A stretch of 64,000 nt of DNA. Source: a virus. Both the position numbers and the translations under genes were made by a program. Each line of letters begins with the position of its first letter. Positions within the stretch are counted from its first letter, which is position 1. The DNA lies in IMG/VR virus record IMGVR_UViG_3300020202_000002, positions 1 to 64,000 of that record; one strand, 5' to 3'. Shown here piece after piece: positions 54,984-63,562 of the stretch. The notes beneath the pieces are model-generated. The model was not told the origin of the DNA. It did not search any database and worked only from the letters and a program-made list of their open reading frames with translations.

Positions 54984-55364
54984 ATGGCCAAGTTGCTTCT
55001 GATGTTTGGGTTCTGCGCCACGATGGTCGTAATGTGGAGGCATAGAGAATACAAGGACGAGTTTTACACAACGGAGTTGTCCCACAAGGTTGTGTCTCTT
55101 ATGAAACAGCCTGGGTGGAAGCTCGACGGAGACATTTGCCGCAACGCCTCCATTGGAATGTCGGTCGTGGCATCGCCAACTCGATTCTGGAATTTCGAAC
55201 AAGGAACGCTTTACGCCGTAACCGTAACTGTCGACGGCCAGGCGGAGATCAACCTTGTCGACGGCAGAGCTGCCGACAGCAGAGCCATTCTCAAAGAGTA
55301 CAAACGCTTGGTTCGCGAACTGCAGCAGGACGCTATCAACAAACTCCACGGCGAGCCAGAATGA
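54984..55364 (+). CDS. hypothetical protein with N-terminal TM anchor
   Basis: GGGAG RBS; hydrophobic N-terminus. Confidence 0.5.
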   Translation: MAKLLLMFGFCATMVVMWRHREYKDEFYTTELSHKVVSLMKQPGWKLDGDICRNASIGMSVVASPTRFWNFEQGTLYAVTVTVDGQAEINLVDGRAADSRAILKEYKRLVRELQQDAINKLHGEPE

Positions 55365-56275
55365 GAGTTTTCTTCCCCCGCTACCTGATCGAATCCCACC
55401 GCGAGCCGTGGCAATCGGCCAAGCTGGTCTGCGAACTGGCCAAGCTCGACGTGCATTGCCTGCTCGAAATGGACCGCTCGATCGACGTGGTGTTCTGCGG
55501 GGGCATCTCCGTCGTCGAAGATGCAGCCAACGGGTTCAAGAAGGATCCCTACGGACGACTGGTTCCCGGATATCGCGATTTCCCCAAGGTGCCGGTAGTG
55601 CACTACTGCTGGGACCTGTACCCGTGGGTGGTGACAAACAAGGACTACCCCGACCATCGGCGCTGGGTCCACTACATGCGGGAACTGCGGCGGGCCAAAG
55701 AGGTCTGGGTGCCGACCACGCCGGTAGTGAAGCGCGTCGAGCAGTTCCTGAAGCGTGACGCGCACGTGGTCAAGTGCCCGGTGCCGTTCTGGGATCCTGA
55801 CGAGCCAGCCCGAGACGGCGGTTACGTTGTCGACGTGATGAGGCGATACCCGAAAGAACCGAATGTGGGCCTGGTGACCAAGGTGTGCGCCGAACTGGGC
55901 ATACCGCACGCCGAGACGGGGGCCTCGCTTTCCTGGGACGACTACCGCCGCACGATCGCCAACGCGAGGCTGCTGGTGTCGTCGTACTACGAGGCGTCAA
56001 CGGGGAGCCTGGCGCTGCTCGAAGGCTACCGGCTGGGGAAACCGGTGCTGCTGTCGGATTCGCCATGGCATGGGGGGCGGGACTTGTTCGGGGACCGGGC
56101 GACGTATTTCCGGTGGGATGACGAGCAGGAGTTCGCCGCGACGCTCAACATCGTGTACCAGGCTGGCGTCACAGCGCCCGAGGACTCTGCCTACTGGGCT
56201 GAAGCAACCTACGGCGAGACGGCTTTCGCGCACCGGATGGCGGAGAGGCTGCGGGAGGTGGTAGGTGGACGGTGA
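55361..56275 (+). CDS. GT-B (GT4-like) glycosyltransferase
   Basis: HYCWDLYP; S.YE...LALLEGY.LGKPVLLSD. Confidence 0.8.
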   Translation: MRVFFPRYLIESHREPWQSAKLVCELAKLDVHCLLEMDRSIDVVFCGGISVVEDAANGFKKDPYGRLVPGYRDFPKVPVVHYCWDLYPWVVTNKDYPDHRRWVHYMRELRRAKEVWVPTTPVVKRVEQFLKRDAHVVKCPVPFWDPDEPARDGGYVVDVMRRYPKEPNVGLVTKVCAELGIPHAETGASLSWDDYRRTIANARLLVSSYYEASTGSLALLEGYRLGKPVLLSDSPWHGGRDLFGDRATYFRWDDEQEFAATLNIVYQAGVTAPEDSAYWAEATYGETAFAHRMAERLREVVGGR

Positions 56276-56756
56276 GGAAGTTCCTCTGATTGGCTGCAAA
56301 AGGCATGGAGGATTCTGGCTGAAGTTCGCGCCAGCGGTCAAGATCAATGGCAACTGGCAATGCTCGCTGTGCCCGGAAGTCCTCTTTACCAAGGTCGAAC
56401 CTTATGAGGGCTGCGACTTCATCAATGATGTGCGCGGCTACATCGTCTGGCGGCGCGGCACTGGCGACAACACCGAGCTGCTGCACATCAAGACGACGGA
56501 ACACGGCAAAGGTTACGGCCGGCAACTGGTGTACGGGATGCTCGACAAGCTGCGCGAGCGTCCCCCTTACCACTCTGTCTACGGCTTCACGCGCGTCAGC
56601 AACACGGAGGCCCAGGCGTTCTACGGGGCACTGGGGTTCAGTTTGCAGGAGATTCAAGGCGTCTACGCCGACGGCCGGGCCGTGCTGTTCTGGGCGGCGT
56701 ACAAGGACCTGCTGGCGAAGCGAGAGGAATGGGAGAATGAGCAGCGACGATCTTGA
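56265..56756 (+). CDS. GNAT acetyltransferase with Zn-ribbon-like N-terminus
   Basis: GKGYGRQL; SN..AQAFY..LGF. Confidence 0.85.
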   Translation: MDGEEVPLIGCKRHGGFWLKFAPAVKINGNWQCSLCPEVLFTKVEPYEGCDFINDVRGYIVWRRGTGDNTELLHIKTTEHGKGYGRQLVYGMLDKLRERPPYHSVYGFTRVSNTEAQAFYGALGFSLQEIQGVYADGRAVLFWAAYKDLLAKREEWENEQRRS

Positions 56757-56910
56757 GCCAGGTGACATCGTTGCCCTTCGCTCTGGCGGTCCGGACATGA
56801 CCGTCATGGAGATTTACCAGGATGGCACGGTTCGCTGTTTCTGGATGAACGATGAAGGCGAAACGGACCACGATGTGTTTGCCGTGGCGTGCTTGGAGAA
56901 AAGCGAATGA
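56737..56910 (+). CDS. YodC/DUF2158 family protein
   Basis: GDIVALRSGGPDMTV...VRCFW. Confidence 0.8.
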   Translation: MSSDDLEPGDIVALRSGGPDMTVMEIYQDGTVRCFWMNDEGETDHDVFAVACLEKSE

Positions 56911-57824
56911 CACCTCTCCGCATCGTCTACATTGGGCGCCATGGGCAGGTCGGCTCAAGTAACGACGACGAGGGCGCTGTCGCCTACGCCCTTCGGCAGC
57001 TGGGGCACGAGGTCGTCTGCGTTCCAGAGCAGCCCGCCCGCAAGGTGTTCGACGGGCCACCAGCAGACCTATGCCTGTTCAACAAATGGTCCGACTGGGA
57101 GGCGATACGGCAGATTCAGTGCCCCAAGGTCTTCTGGTACTGGGACCTCGTGGACTACCCGAAAGACCCCTCGCTCGCCCGGCGCTGCGCCCAGCGTCGT
57201 TCCTGGATGCAACAGGCCACAGCGATCGCAGACCTTGGCTTCTGCACTGATGGCGACTGGGTTGCCAAGGACACGACCGGCAAGCTGCACTGGCTCATGC
57301 AGGGCTTCGATGAGCGGCTGCAACCTGCGGAGCGGACCACGGAGGACATTGATATCCTGCTGCCGTGCAGCGTCATCAAGTGCGGCGAGGGCAGGGCACG
57401 CTTCGTGGCGGCGATGAAGGAACGCTGGGGGCCGAGGGTGCACCATGTCGAGGGCGGGGTGCACGGCAAAAGACTGGCCGAACTGGTGGCGCGGAGCAAG
57501 GTGGTGGTTTGTCCGGATGAGCCACATGGGGCGCGATACTGGAGCAACAGACTGTATTTGATGTCTGGCCTTGGTGGCGTGATTGTGCATCCGTTATGTG
57601 TCGGGTTTTGGCCTATGTCGCCCGATGCACTCTTCGCCGTGCAAGGTGTCTCCTACTACATTCCTGGCAGCAATATTCGCGACGACATCGCGCACCTGCT
57701 TGAGTATCACGACGCTCGCATTGAAGGTGGGCAAATCGCCAGAAAAGACGTGCTGGCTCACCACCTTTACCGCCATCGCTGCGAGCAACTGATTCAGACA
57801 GTCCGGGACAGGCTCAAGATTTGA
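56907..57824 (+). CDS. CgeB-like GT-B glycosyltransferase
   Basis: ALRQLGHEV; YWSNRLY..SG.GG; IA...VLAHHLYRHR. Confidence 0.8.
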   Translation: MTPLRIVYIGRHGQVGSSNDDEGAVAYALRQLGHEVVCVPEQPARKVFDGPPADLCLFNKWSDWEAIRQIQCPKVFWYWDLVDYPKDPSLARRCAQRRSWMQQATAIADLGFCTDGDWVAKDTTGKLHWLMQGFDERLQPAERTTEDIDILLPCSVIKCGEGRARFVAAMKERWGPRVHHVEGGVHGKRLAELVARSKVVVCPDEPHGARYWSNRLYLMSGLGGVIVHPLCVGFWPMSPDALFAVQGVSYYIPGSNIRDDIAHLLEYHDARIEGGQIARKDVLAHHLYRHRCEQLIQTVRDRLKI

Positions 57825-57835
57825 GGAGGATACGG

Positions 57836-58966
57836 ATGAGGACGATTCAGGGAGCGGCGTGCTGCATCGTGGGTGGTGCTGGATTTTTAGGCAGCCATGT
57901 TGTCAACCATTTGGTGAACGACAGGTCCTGCAAAGTTCTCGTCATCGACAACCTGGTGGCCGGTCGGCGTGAATTCGTGCACCCCAAGGCAACGTTCAAG
58001 CACGCCGACATCACCGCGAGCGAGGAGTACCTTCGTCAGTTGTTCGAGCAGCACAAGATCAAGTATGTCCTGAACTACGCCGCTTGGCCGTACGTCGTTG
58101 ATTCATTCTCGCGGCCGCTGCACGTTTTCAACGTGAATGCGACCGGAGCGCTCAAGATCATCAACGCAGCGCAGGCGGCCGGGTGCAAGGGCATCCTCCA
58201 GATCAGCAGTGCGGAGATCTACGGTGATGCTGGACAAGTTCGCCACGCCACTATGCGTGGCAACCCGTTGGACCCTGACTCGTGCGAAATCGTTGGATAT
58301 AAGTACGAAGGCATCAAGATAGGCGAGACATCTCGCGTTGCGCCCCACAGCAGCTACGGCGCAGCCAAAGCCGCCATTGATGCCATGGTCCAAGTTCGCT
58401 GGCGAGAAGCGAAGACGCCCTGCATTGCGCTCCGCCAGTTTAACGCAGTGGGGGAGCGCGAGACGCACGAGTACGTGGTGCCAGAGATAATCCGGCAACT
58501 CGATAAGCAGCGTCGACTCATAAGGTACACAAGTGCGCGCGCTGGCAAAAACAGATTCGCAACGCCAGAGAACGCCACCGTCAACCTTGGCAATGACAGT
58601 CTTCGTGACTTCATTTACGCCGGCGACCAGGCCCGCATGGCGGTCGAACTGCTCGAAAAGGGCCAGTTCGGCGAGGTCTACAACCTGGGAAGCGAAACCG
58701 GCATCAAGATCTACGACCTCGCGAAACTTATCGGCAAACTGATGGGCTTCGAGAACGTGACGGTTGAGAAGGATCCCTCCCGCGTGCGACCCTGGGAAAT
58801 CTGGCATCTCCAGAGCGACAACAGCAAGATTCACAGCGTCATCGACGCGCGGCCGCAGGTGGACCTTGAGGAAGCGCTGCGCCGGACGATCGCGTGGTAT
58901 GAGAGCAACGGCCGACGATGGCCATGGGAAGCAAGGAGCGCGGATGGAATCCTATCAGCGTCTTGA
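57836..58966 (+). CDS. NAD-dependent nucleotide-sugar epimerase/dehydratase
   Basis: GGAGFLGS, ISSAEIYG, SSYGAAK, RDFIY, GEVYNLGS. Confidence 0.88.
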   Translation: MRTIQGAACCIVGGAGFLGSHVVNHLVNDRSCKVLVIDNLVAGRREFVHPKATFKHADITASEEYLRQLFEQHKIKYVLNYAAWPYVVDSFSRPLHVFNVNATGALKIINAAQAAGCKGILQISSAEIYGDAGQVRHATMRGNPLDPDSCEIVGYKYEGIKIGETSRVAPHSSYGAAKAAIDAMVQVRWREAKTPCIALRQFNAVGERETHEYVVPEIIRQLDKQRRLIRYTSARAGKNRFATPENATVNLGNDSLRDFIYAGDQARMAVELLEKGQFGEVYNLGSETGIKIYDLAKLIGKLMGFENVTVEKDPSRVRPWEIWHLQSDNSKIHSVIDARPQVDLEEALRRTIAWYESNGRRWPWEARSADGILSAS

Positions 58967-59993
58967 GCGCGCTTTCGCCGAGTGGAACAACCTCGATCCA
59001 GTCGGCATGGTCGCCTGCAGCTCGGGTTCGAGCGCGCTCCACCTCGCCCTCGAATCACTCCGCCTGCCCAACGGCTGCGAAGTCCTGACGAGCGACTTCA
59101 ATATGATCGCCGTGCCGCGCGCCTGCACTCTGGCCGGTCTGACTCCGGTGCTCGTTGATTGCACTGACGATTTGCTGATAAGCACGGAATTGATGGTACA
59201 AGCCCTCACCGAGGGAGGGTCCAACTGGGATCGCGACATCCGCAGCACTGGATTCGGGCTCCCTCGCAAGCAGGCCATTGGGGCAATCGTGCTTGTCCAT
59301 ATTTATGGTCGACGGTACGAATGGCAGCGACTCACGTCCGAGTTGCCGTTTTACGGGCCACGCATCATCGAAGACCTCGCCGAAGCCCACGGCGTGCGCC
59401 CGCACCCGGAAACCGACGCGGCCTGTTGGTCGTTCTTCAAAAACAAGATCATCGCCGGACATGAAGGCGGGGCCGTCTGGTTCAAGAACCACGAGCACGC
59501 CGCGCTCGCCCGCCAGCTCCGCTGCCTGGGTTTCACGGACAAGCACGATTTCATGCATGTTCCAAGAGGGCACAACTACCGCATGTCGAACGCCCACGCC
59601 GAACTGATCCTGGATTCGCTGGCCAAGGTCGACGAAAACGTGGCCCGACGGCGCGAAGCCGAAAGCTGGTACGACGCGGAGTGCCCGGACCAGTGGAAGA
59701 TGCCCGCCCGTACGTCGCCTTGGGTGTACGACCTCAGAATCCCCGGCATGACAGCCGAGCAGCAGGACCACGCCGTTCGGCTCTTGCAAGAGCACGGCAT
59801 CCAGGCGAGGCACGCCTTTCGGCCCATGTCTTGGCAGGAAGAGTACCGCAACGGCCGATTGGTGCGCGGCCCAGAGCACGTTGCCGCACGCATGGGGCGC
59901 GAGGTGATCTACCTGCCGCTGATGGGGGTTATCGAGGAAGACGCGAAATTGGCTTTCCAGATATTGCGTGGGTTGCTCGGTTCACTAGAATAA
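58944..59993 (+). CDS. DegT/DnrJ/EryC1/StrS sugar aminotransferase (perosamine synthase-like)
   Basis: SSGSSALHLAL, VHIYG, IEDLAEAHG, SFFKNKII..EGG, GHNYRMSN. Confidence 0.9.
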   Translation: MESYQRLERAFAEWNNLDPVGMVACSSGSSALHLALESLRLPNGCEVLTSDFNMIAVPRACTLAGLTPVLVDCTDDLLISTELMVQALTEGGSNWDRDIRSTGFGLPRKQAIGAIVLVHIYGRRYEWQRLTSELPFYGPRIIEDLAEAHGVRPHPETDAACWSFFKNKIIAGHEGGAVWFKNHEHAALARQLRCLGFTDKHDFMHVPRGHNYRMSNAHAELILDSLAKVDENVARRREAESWYDAECPDQWKMPARTSPWVYDLRIPGMTAEQQDHAVRLLQEHGIQARHAFRPMSWQEEYRNGRLVRGPEHVAARMGREVIYLPLMGVIEEDAKLAFQILRGLLGSLE

Positions 59994-60491
59994 CGGTGAA
60001 GAAGCCGTGCCATCTGGGCCGTAAGCTCTACGTGCAGGATGGCTGGTTTCGGCAAGACACTCCGAATTGGGCCAGCCGCAGTTAGCACGAGCCCTGCCGC
60101 TGACCAGCACCTTGTCTTCCCATTTCTTCGTGGGCCTCTGCCCGACGGTGGAGGTTCCATTCGCGCAGCTAGTTACGAGCCAAAAGGCAAACGCTTTACA
60201 GCCGTGGTTCTTTTCATGCGTTTCCTGCCCGGCTCGCTACGTCAGCGCCCAAACGCGCGCTGAGGGTTCACGAGGGAAACGGCCTCGCCAGCCGTCGATT
60301 TGCCGGAAGCGAACGCATTTGAATCTCGGGCAACGTCCCACCGTGACGACCCGGCCTCACGAATGCTTCCGGACCGGCCATGCTCGCCATGGTTTGAACT
60401 GCGCGGAGAACTGCGAAAGCGAGTGCCCTTTTCGGCTTAGCCCATTCTTTTGGCTGAGGTGAGGGTAGACGGGGGCGGTGCGCCTTAGGCG

Positions 60492-60785
60492 TCATGGTAC
60501 GATCTCGACGCCAAGACGTGCCAGATCGGCCTCGTCAGCTTCGCCGTGCCAGTCAATTTCCCAGCCGTCTAGACCGGACGGCTTGAATCCCCAGCCAAGA
60601 ACGTGACAGATGCGCTCGACATTGGGCCTCGTACCGCACCCGTAGCCGATGTCCTGGCCGGTCAGAGCGAAGAACAACCCACGGATCCGGCCTTCACGGT
60701 GTGCGATCTGTGCCTCAGTCGGTCCGACCTTGGTCAGAAGGAGTGAGGCGAGATGGGTTTTCAGAATGCTCGCTGGGGGTGTCAT
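60492..60785 (-). CDS. hypothetical protein
   Basis: minus-strand operon with ATGA coupling. Confidence 0.55.
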   Translation of the reverse strand: MTPPASILKTHLASLLLTKVGPTEAQIAHREGRIRGLFFALTGQDIGYGCGTRPNVERICHVLGWGFKPSGLDGWEIDWHGEADEADLARLGVEIVP

Positions 60786-61057
60786 CGGCTGTCCTCGTTG
60801 TTGACGACGTGCTCGACCAATTCCAGGACTTCCCCGTCAGCCGTGATGGTCTTGTCGAATCCGATCGACAAATCGTAGGTGCCACTCGGCTCGAAAACAC
60901 ACGCTGATCGGTTTACGTTGAGGCCGCACCATACGTGCCCTGGGGAAACGCATTTTTGGTTGACGGCAGTAACGATGCCAAGCTCGCCACTGGCGCGGTG
61001 GCGAACCTTGTCGCCGGTCGTAAACGTGGCGCTCGTGGTGCGTTCGGGTTCGGTCAT
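60782..61057 (-). CDS. hypothetical protein (SH3-like)
   Basis: FTTGDKVRHRASGELGIV; coupled. Confidence 0.55.
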   Translation of the reverse strand: MTEPERTTSATFTTGDKVRHRASGELGIVTAVNQKCVSPGHVWCGLNVNRSACVFEPSGTYDLSIGFDKTITADGEVLELVEHVVNNEDSR

Positions 61058-61245
61058 GTCTTTTTCCTCTTCGGATCGTCTTGCTCGGCCGCTTTCTCAA
61101 GCATGAGCCTGGCGTATTCCGACACGCTTGACGCGCCAGCTGCGAGCGAGGCCCGCGTAAGGCTATCAAGCCATTCCAGCGACGGAATGCGGATCTCAAG
61201 TCTCAGATACTTCTTCTTCTTGCCCGGCTTTCGCGATGCTGGCAT
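61054..61245 (-). CDS. ribbon-helix-helix transcriptional regulator
   Basis: 63 aa; beta strand LRLEIRI then helices, ...SVSEYARLML; GGAGGA RBS. Confidence 0.65.
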   Translation of the reverse strand: MPASRKPGKKKKYLRLEIRIPSLEWLDSLTRASLAAGASSVSEYARLMLEKAAEQDDPKRKKT

Positions 61246-61260
61246 AGTTCCTCCACACGA

Positions 61261-61289
61261 ATTGTAGCCGCAAGTGCTTGTACGGACAA
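61261..61289 (-). promoter_or_regulatory. leftward sigma-70 promoter
   Basis: minus strand TTGTCC-N17-TACAAT; overlaps TGTACGGACA (61279-61288). Confidence 0.65.
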
Positions 61290-61324
61290 GAGAAAATATT
61301 TCTGGGAAAACCACCGCTTTTCTA

Positions 61325-61353
61325 TTGACTTTGTACGTACACCATGCGATACT
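61325..61353 (+). promoter_or_regulatory. rightward sigma-70 promoter
   Basis: TTGACT-N17-GATACT with TGn extended -10; palindrome TGTACGTACA (61332-61341) in the spacer. Confidence 0.7.
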
Positions 61354-61359
61354 AGAAGC

Positions 61360-61515
61360 ATGAAGAACAACGAACACAACAACGGAGCGACGAACATGAC
61401 CAGCACGACGATTCGCGAGCAGATCGAAAACGGGACGTTCATCGCGGTCGACCTGATCTACCGCGTGGTCTGTGCGGTGGTCGTGATCAGCTTCGTGTGC
61501 TGGATTCTTGGCTAA
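61360..61515 (+). CDS. small membrane protein, probably leaderless
   Basis: 51-aa ORF translated by hand; C-terminal TM; ATG at the predicted transcription start. Confidence 0.45.
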   Translation: MKNNEHNNGATNMTSTTIREQIENGTFIAVDLIYRVVCAVVVISFVCWILG

Positions 61516-61587
61516 CGAGAAAATGTTGGGCTCGGCGCGACTGGTACTCGCCCGAGCCCTGGTCCCAACTGGTAAGGAGTCAGGACA

Positions 61588-62043
61588 ATGACCATGTTAT
61601 CGACGATCCCGGTGGACGTGAAGGACCTGGTGGCCGTGGCGATGACGAAGAAGCTCGACACCGAACCGCTGCCCGCGGGAGAATACACGATTCAGGGCGT
61701 GGCTCTGGTGAAAGTGGACGTTACGATCAAGAAGGCCCCAGCGACCACCTACCGGCCGACGTGTCACCTGCCGCTGAAGGCCGTTCTGGCGGTTGCTCTC
61801 CGCAAGGCCGGCGTCCAGGCGGGGAACATCGCTGCGGTGATCGCGGAGGCAGCACAGGAAGCCCTGGCGCTCGGCGAGAAGGTTGGCGAGGAGCTGGAGG
61901 CGACCGAAGCGGCCATCAAGCAGGTCGAGGCGATGCTGGACAAGTTGCCGCCGCAGAAGCGGGAAGGGGCTACGCGGGTCGAGGGCAGCGTGCAGGTGGT
62001 CGGGATGGTCGATGCGGACAGCGATGTGCGGCAGGTGGCGTGA
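61588..62043 (+). CDS. hypothetical protein
   Basis: 151 aa; AAGGAG RBS. Confidence 0.65.
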   Translation: MTMLSTIPVDVKDLVAVAMTKKLDTEPLPAGEYTIQGVALVKVDVTIKKAPATTYRPTCHLPLKAVLAVALRKAGVQAGNIAAVIAEAAQEALALGEKVGEELEATEAAIKQVEAMLDKLPPQKREGATRVEGSVQVVGMVDADSDVRQVA

Positions 62044-62125
62044 TGAGCCGTCGCAGAATGACGCTTGACGCGGAATAGCTAGTGCGTGGCCGGCGCGTTA
62101 CAAAATCTCTTTGGAGGGTAGGACA

Positions 62126-62335
62126 ATGGCAAAGCGGAGAACATGGCGGGTGAGCGGAACAAGGCGAGGCGAGCGCGTTACTGTTGACGTTGAGGCGACG
62201 GACTGCAATGAAGCCACCAAACTCGGCAGCCACGCTCCGCATATGCTGGTCATCGACGAGGTTGTACTGCTGACCAGCGGGCACACCGAAACATTCTTCG
62301 GCCTCACGATACCTGCAGAGCAAGCTGACGTTTAG
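62126..62335 (+). CDS. hypothetical protein
   Basis: GGAGG RBS. Confidence 0.5.
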   Translation: MAKRRTWRVSGTRRGERVTVDVEATDCNEATKLGSHAPHMLVIDEVVLLTSGHTETFFGLTIPAEQADV

Positions 62336-62428
62336 GCGAAACGCTTTTATGGCCAGCGCGTTACACTGGCCGAACCCGACCCGCCTCGGGTGTTGTAGGC
62401 GGGAGGACGCTTTTTCGGAGATAGGACC

Positions 62429-62620
62429 ATGGCTCAAGACATCATCATCAAAGCTCGTGCGAAGGCTTTCAGCGGCGAGAACATCCGCCAGCACAAATTT
62501 GCCGTGGCCAGCGACGGGACCGTCCGCGTGTGGGATTCGATCGCGGGCCATTACACGACCTGCCACTCGATGACGCCTGCCACGCAACGGCGCATCCGCA
62601 AATTGGCATCGGCCAAGTGA
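62429..62620 (+). CDS. hypothetical protein
   Basis: GGAG RBS; VRVWDSIAGHYTTCH. Confidence 0.55.
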   Translation: MAQDIIIKARAKAFSGENIRQHKFAVASDGTVRVWDSIAGHYTTCHSMTPATQRRIRKLASAK

Positions 62621-62720
62621 TACTTGCCGACTGATCTCCGAAGTTCCGCGCCACCGGCCCCGTCCAGGAGCGGGCCAGCGCAAGCAGCTCGGCGGGGGCG
62701 TCCTTTGGAGGGCCAGCACA

Positions 62721-62915
62721 ATGGCACAGCAATTTCAGGCTGGCGACGTGGTGAAGTGCCTGGACGACAACAACCATGCGTGGTTTCTCAAGGTTGGCAA
62801 GCTATTCACCGTCGAATCGACGCAACTCGACTCGCACGGCAATCTGCGGCTCAATCTCGTGGGCATGGCGCGAGCGTGGGAAGCTGAGAGATTCGTGCTT
62901 GTGCGCGAGGCGTGA
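62721..62915 (+). CDS. hypothetical protein (SH3-like)
   Basis: FQAGDVVKC...LKVGKLFTV...W.AERF. Confidence 0.55.
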   Translation: MAQQFQAGDVVKCLDDNNHAWFLKVGKLFTVESTQLDSHGNLRLNLVGMARAWEAERFVLVREA

Positions 62916-62974
62916 TACGGGCCAGCGTATGGCCTGGGGGTTTCTCTAGCGAGCGAGGGGGAGGACAGTGAACC

Positions 62975-63223
62975 ATGGACACGTTTATCGACCCAGACAA
63001 GGTCCCGAAGATGCCTACGATGGACGAGTTGCTTGAGACGGCTCGCAAAGGCCGCGAACTGGCCGATCATCACCGGATGGAGATGGCTCGCGCGTTGCTG
63101 ATGGGCGGCATCCAGTTGATCCCGAGCGACTTGCTCAATGACAACCAATTTATGGTGTCGACAGCCATCTACGAAGCGGCGAAGAAACTGCCGTCCGCGC
63201 ATGTGGCACACAAAACTGCATAG
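62975..63223 (+). CDS. hypothetical protein
   Basis: GGAGGA RBS. Confidence 0.5.
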   Translation: MDTFIDPDKVPKMPTMDELLETARKGRELADHHRMEMARALLMGGIQLIPSDLLNDNQFMVSTAIYEAAKKLPSAHVAHKTA

Positions 63224-63324
63224 CTCTTCGTTGCGCCCGGTCTGCGCCGTACCGGGAAGTAAGCACACGGCCCGCGCGCCGCTCCGAAAAGTGTGGCGCA
63301 TCACCATCGGCAGTCACTCCTGAA

Positions 63325-63553
63325 CATTTCCCCCGCATTTCTCCCGACATTTCAAATTCGACGTAAGTCATTACCCCCGACAGGACTCGAACCTGTGACC
63401 GACGGTTTAGAAAACCGATTCGGCACGCGACAAACGTTCAGAGCGCACAAGTGAGCACTTCATTTTACCCATGTTTTTTGGGGTGAATGCGCTTGCCAAG
63501 CATCCGCTCGCGCGGCATTATCAACCAAAACATTTCCCCGCGCATTTCCCCGG
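63325..63553 (+). repeat. integrase arm-type direct repeats flanking the att core
   Basis: CATTTCCCCCG (63325), CATTTCTCCCG (63336), CATTTC (63348), CATTTCCCCG (63531), CATTTCCCCG (63543). Confidence 0.65.
63372..63417 (-). other. att core: 3' half of tRNA-Arg(TCT)
   Basis: minus strand CGGT-TTTCTAA-ACCG anticodon arm, ACAGGTTCGAGTCCTGT T arm, CGGGGGTA acceptor strand; no D arm or 5' acceptor strand. Confidence 0.8.
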
Positions 63554-63562
63554 TGAAGCAGG

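Noticed and set aside
36860-59993. Host O-antigen/capsule locus marking a prophage boundary
   Set aside because: No flippase, polymerase or exporter; interleaved with phage-type ORFs and HNH genes; phage switch and att-int lie beyond it.
36860-59993. DNA hypermodification cluster as the main interpretation
   Set aside because: No hydroxymethylase, TET/JBP, deazaguanine or DNA polymerase genes in the window, and linkage is to tail genes. Not fully excluded because the rest of the genome is unseen.
59994-60491. Genes in the convergence zone after the aminotransferase
   Set aside because: Only short overlapping ORFs without motifs; 60268-60495 (-) is coupled to its neighbour but otherwise unsupported.
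63372-63445. Complete tRNA-Arg gene
   Set aside because: Only anticodon arm, T arm and 3' acceptor strand are present; upstream sequence gives no D arm or matching 5' strand. Treated as att core.
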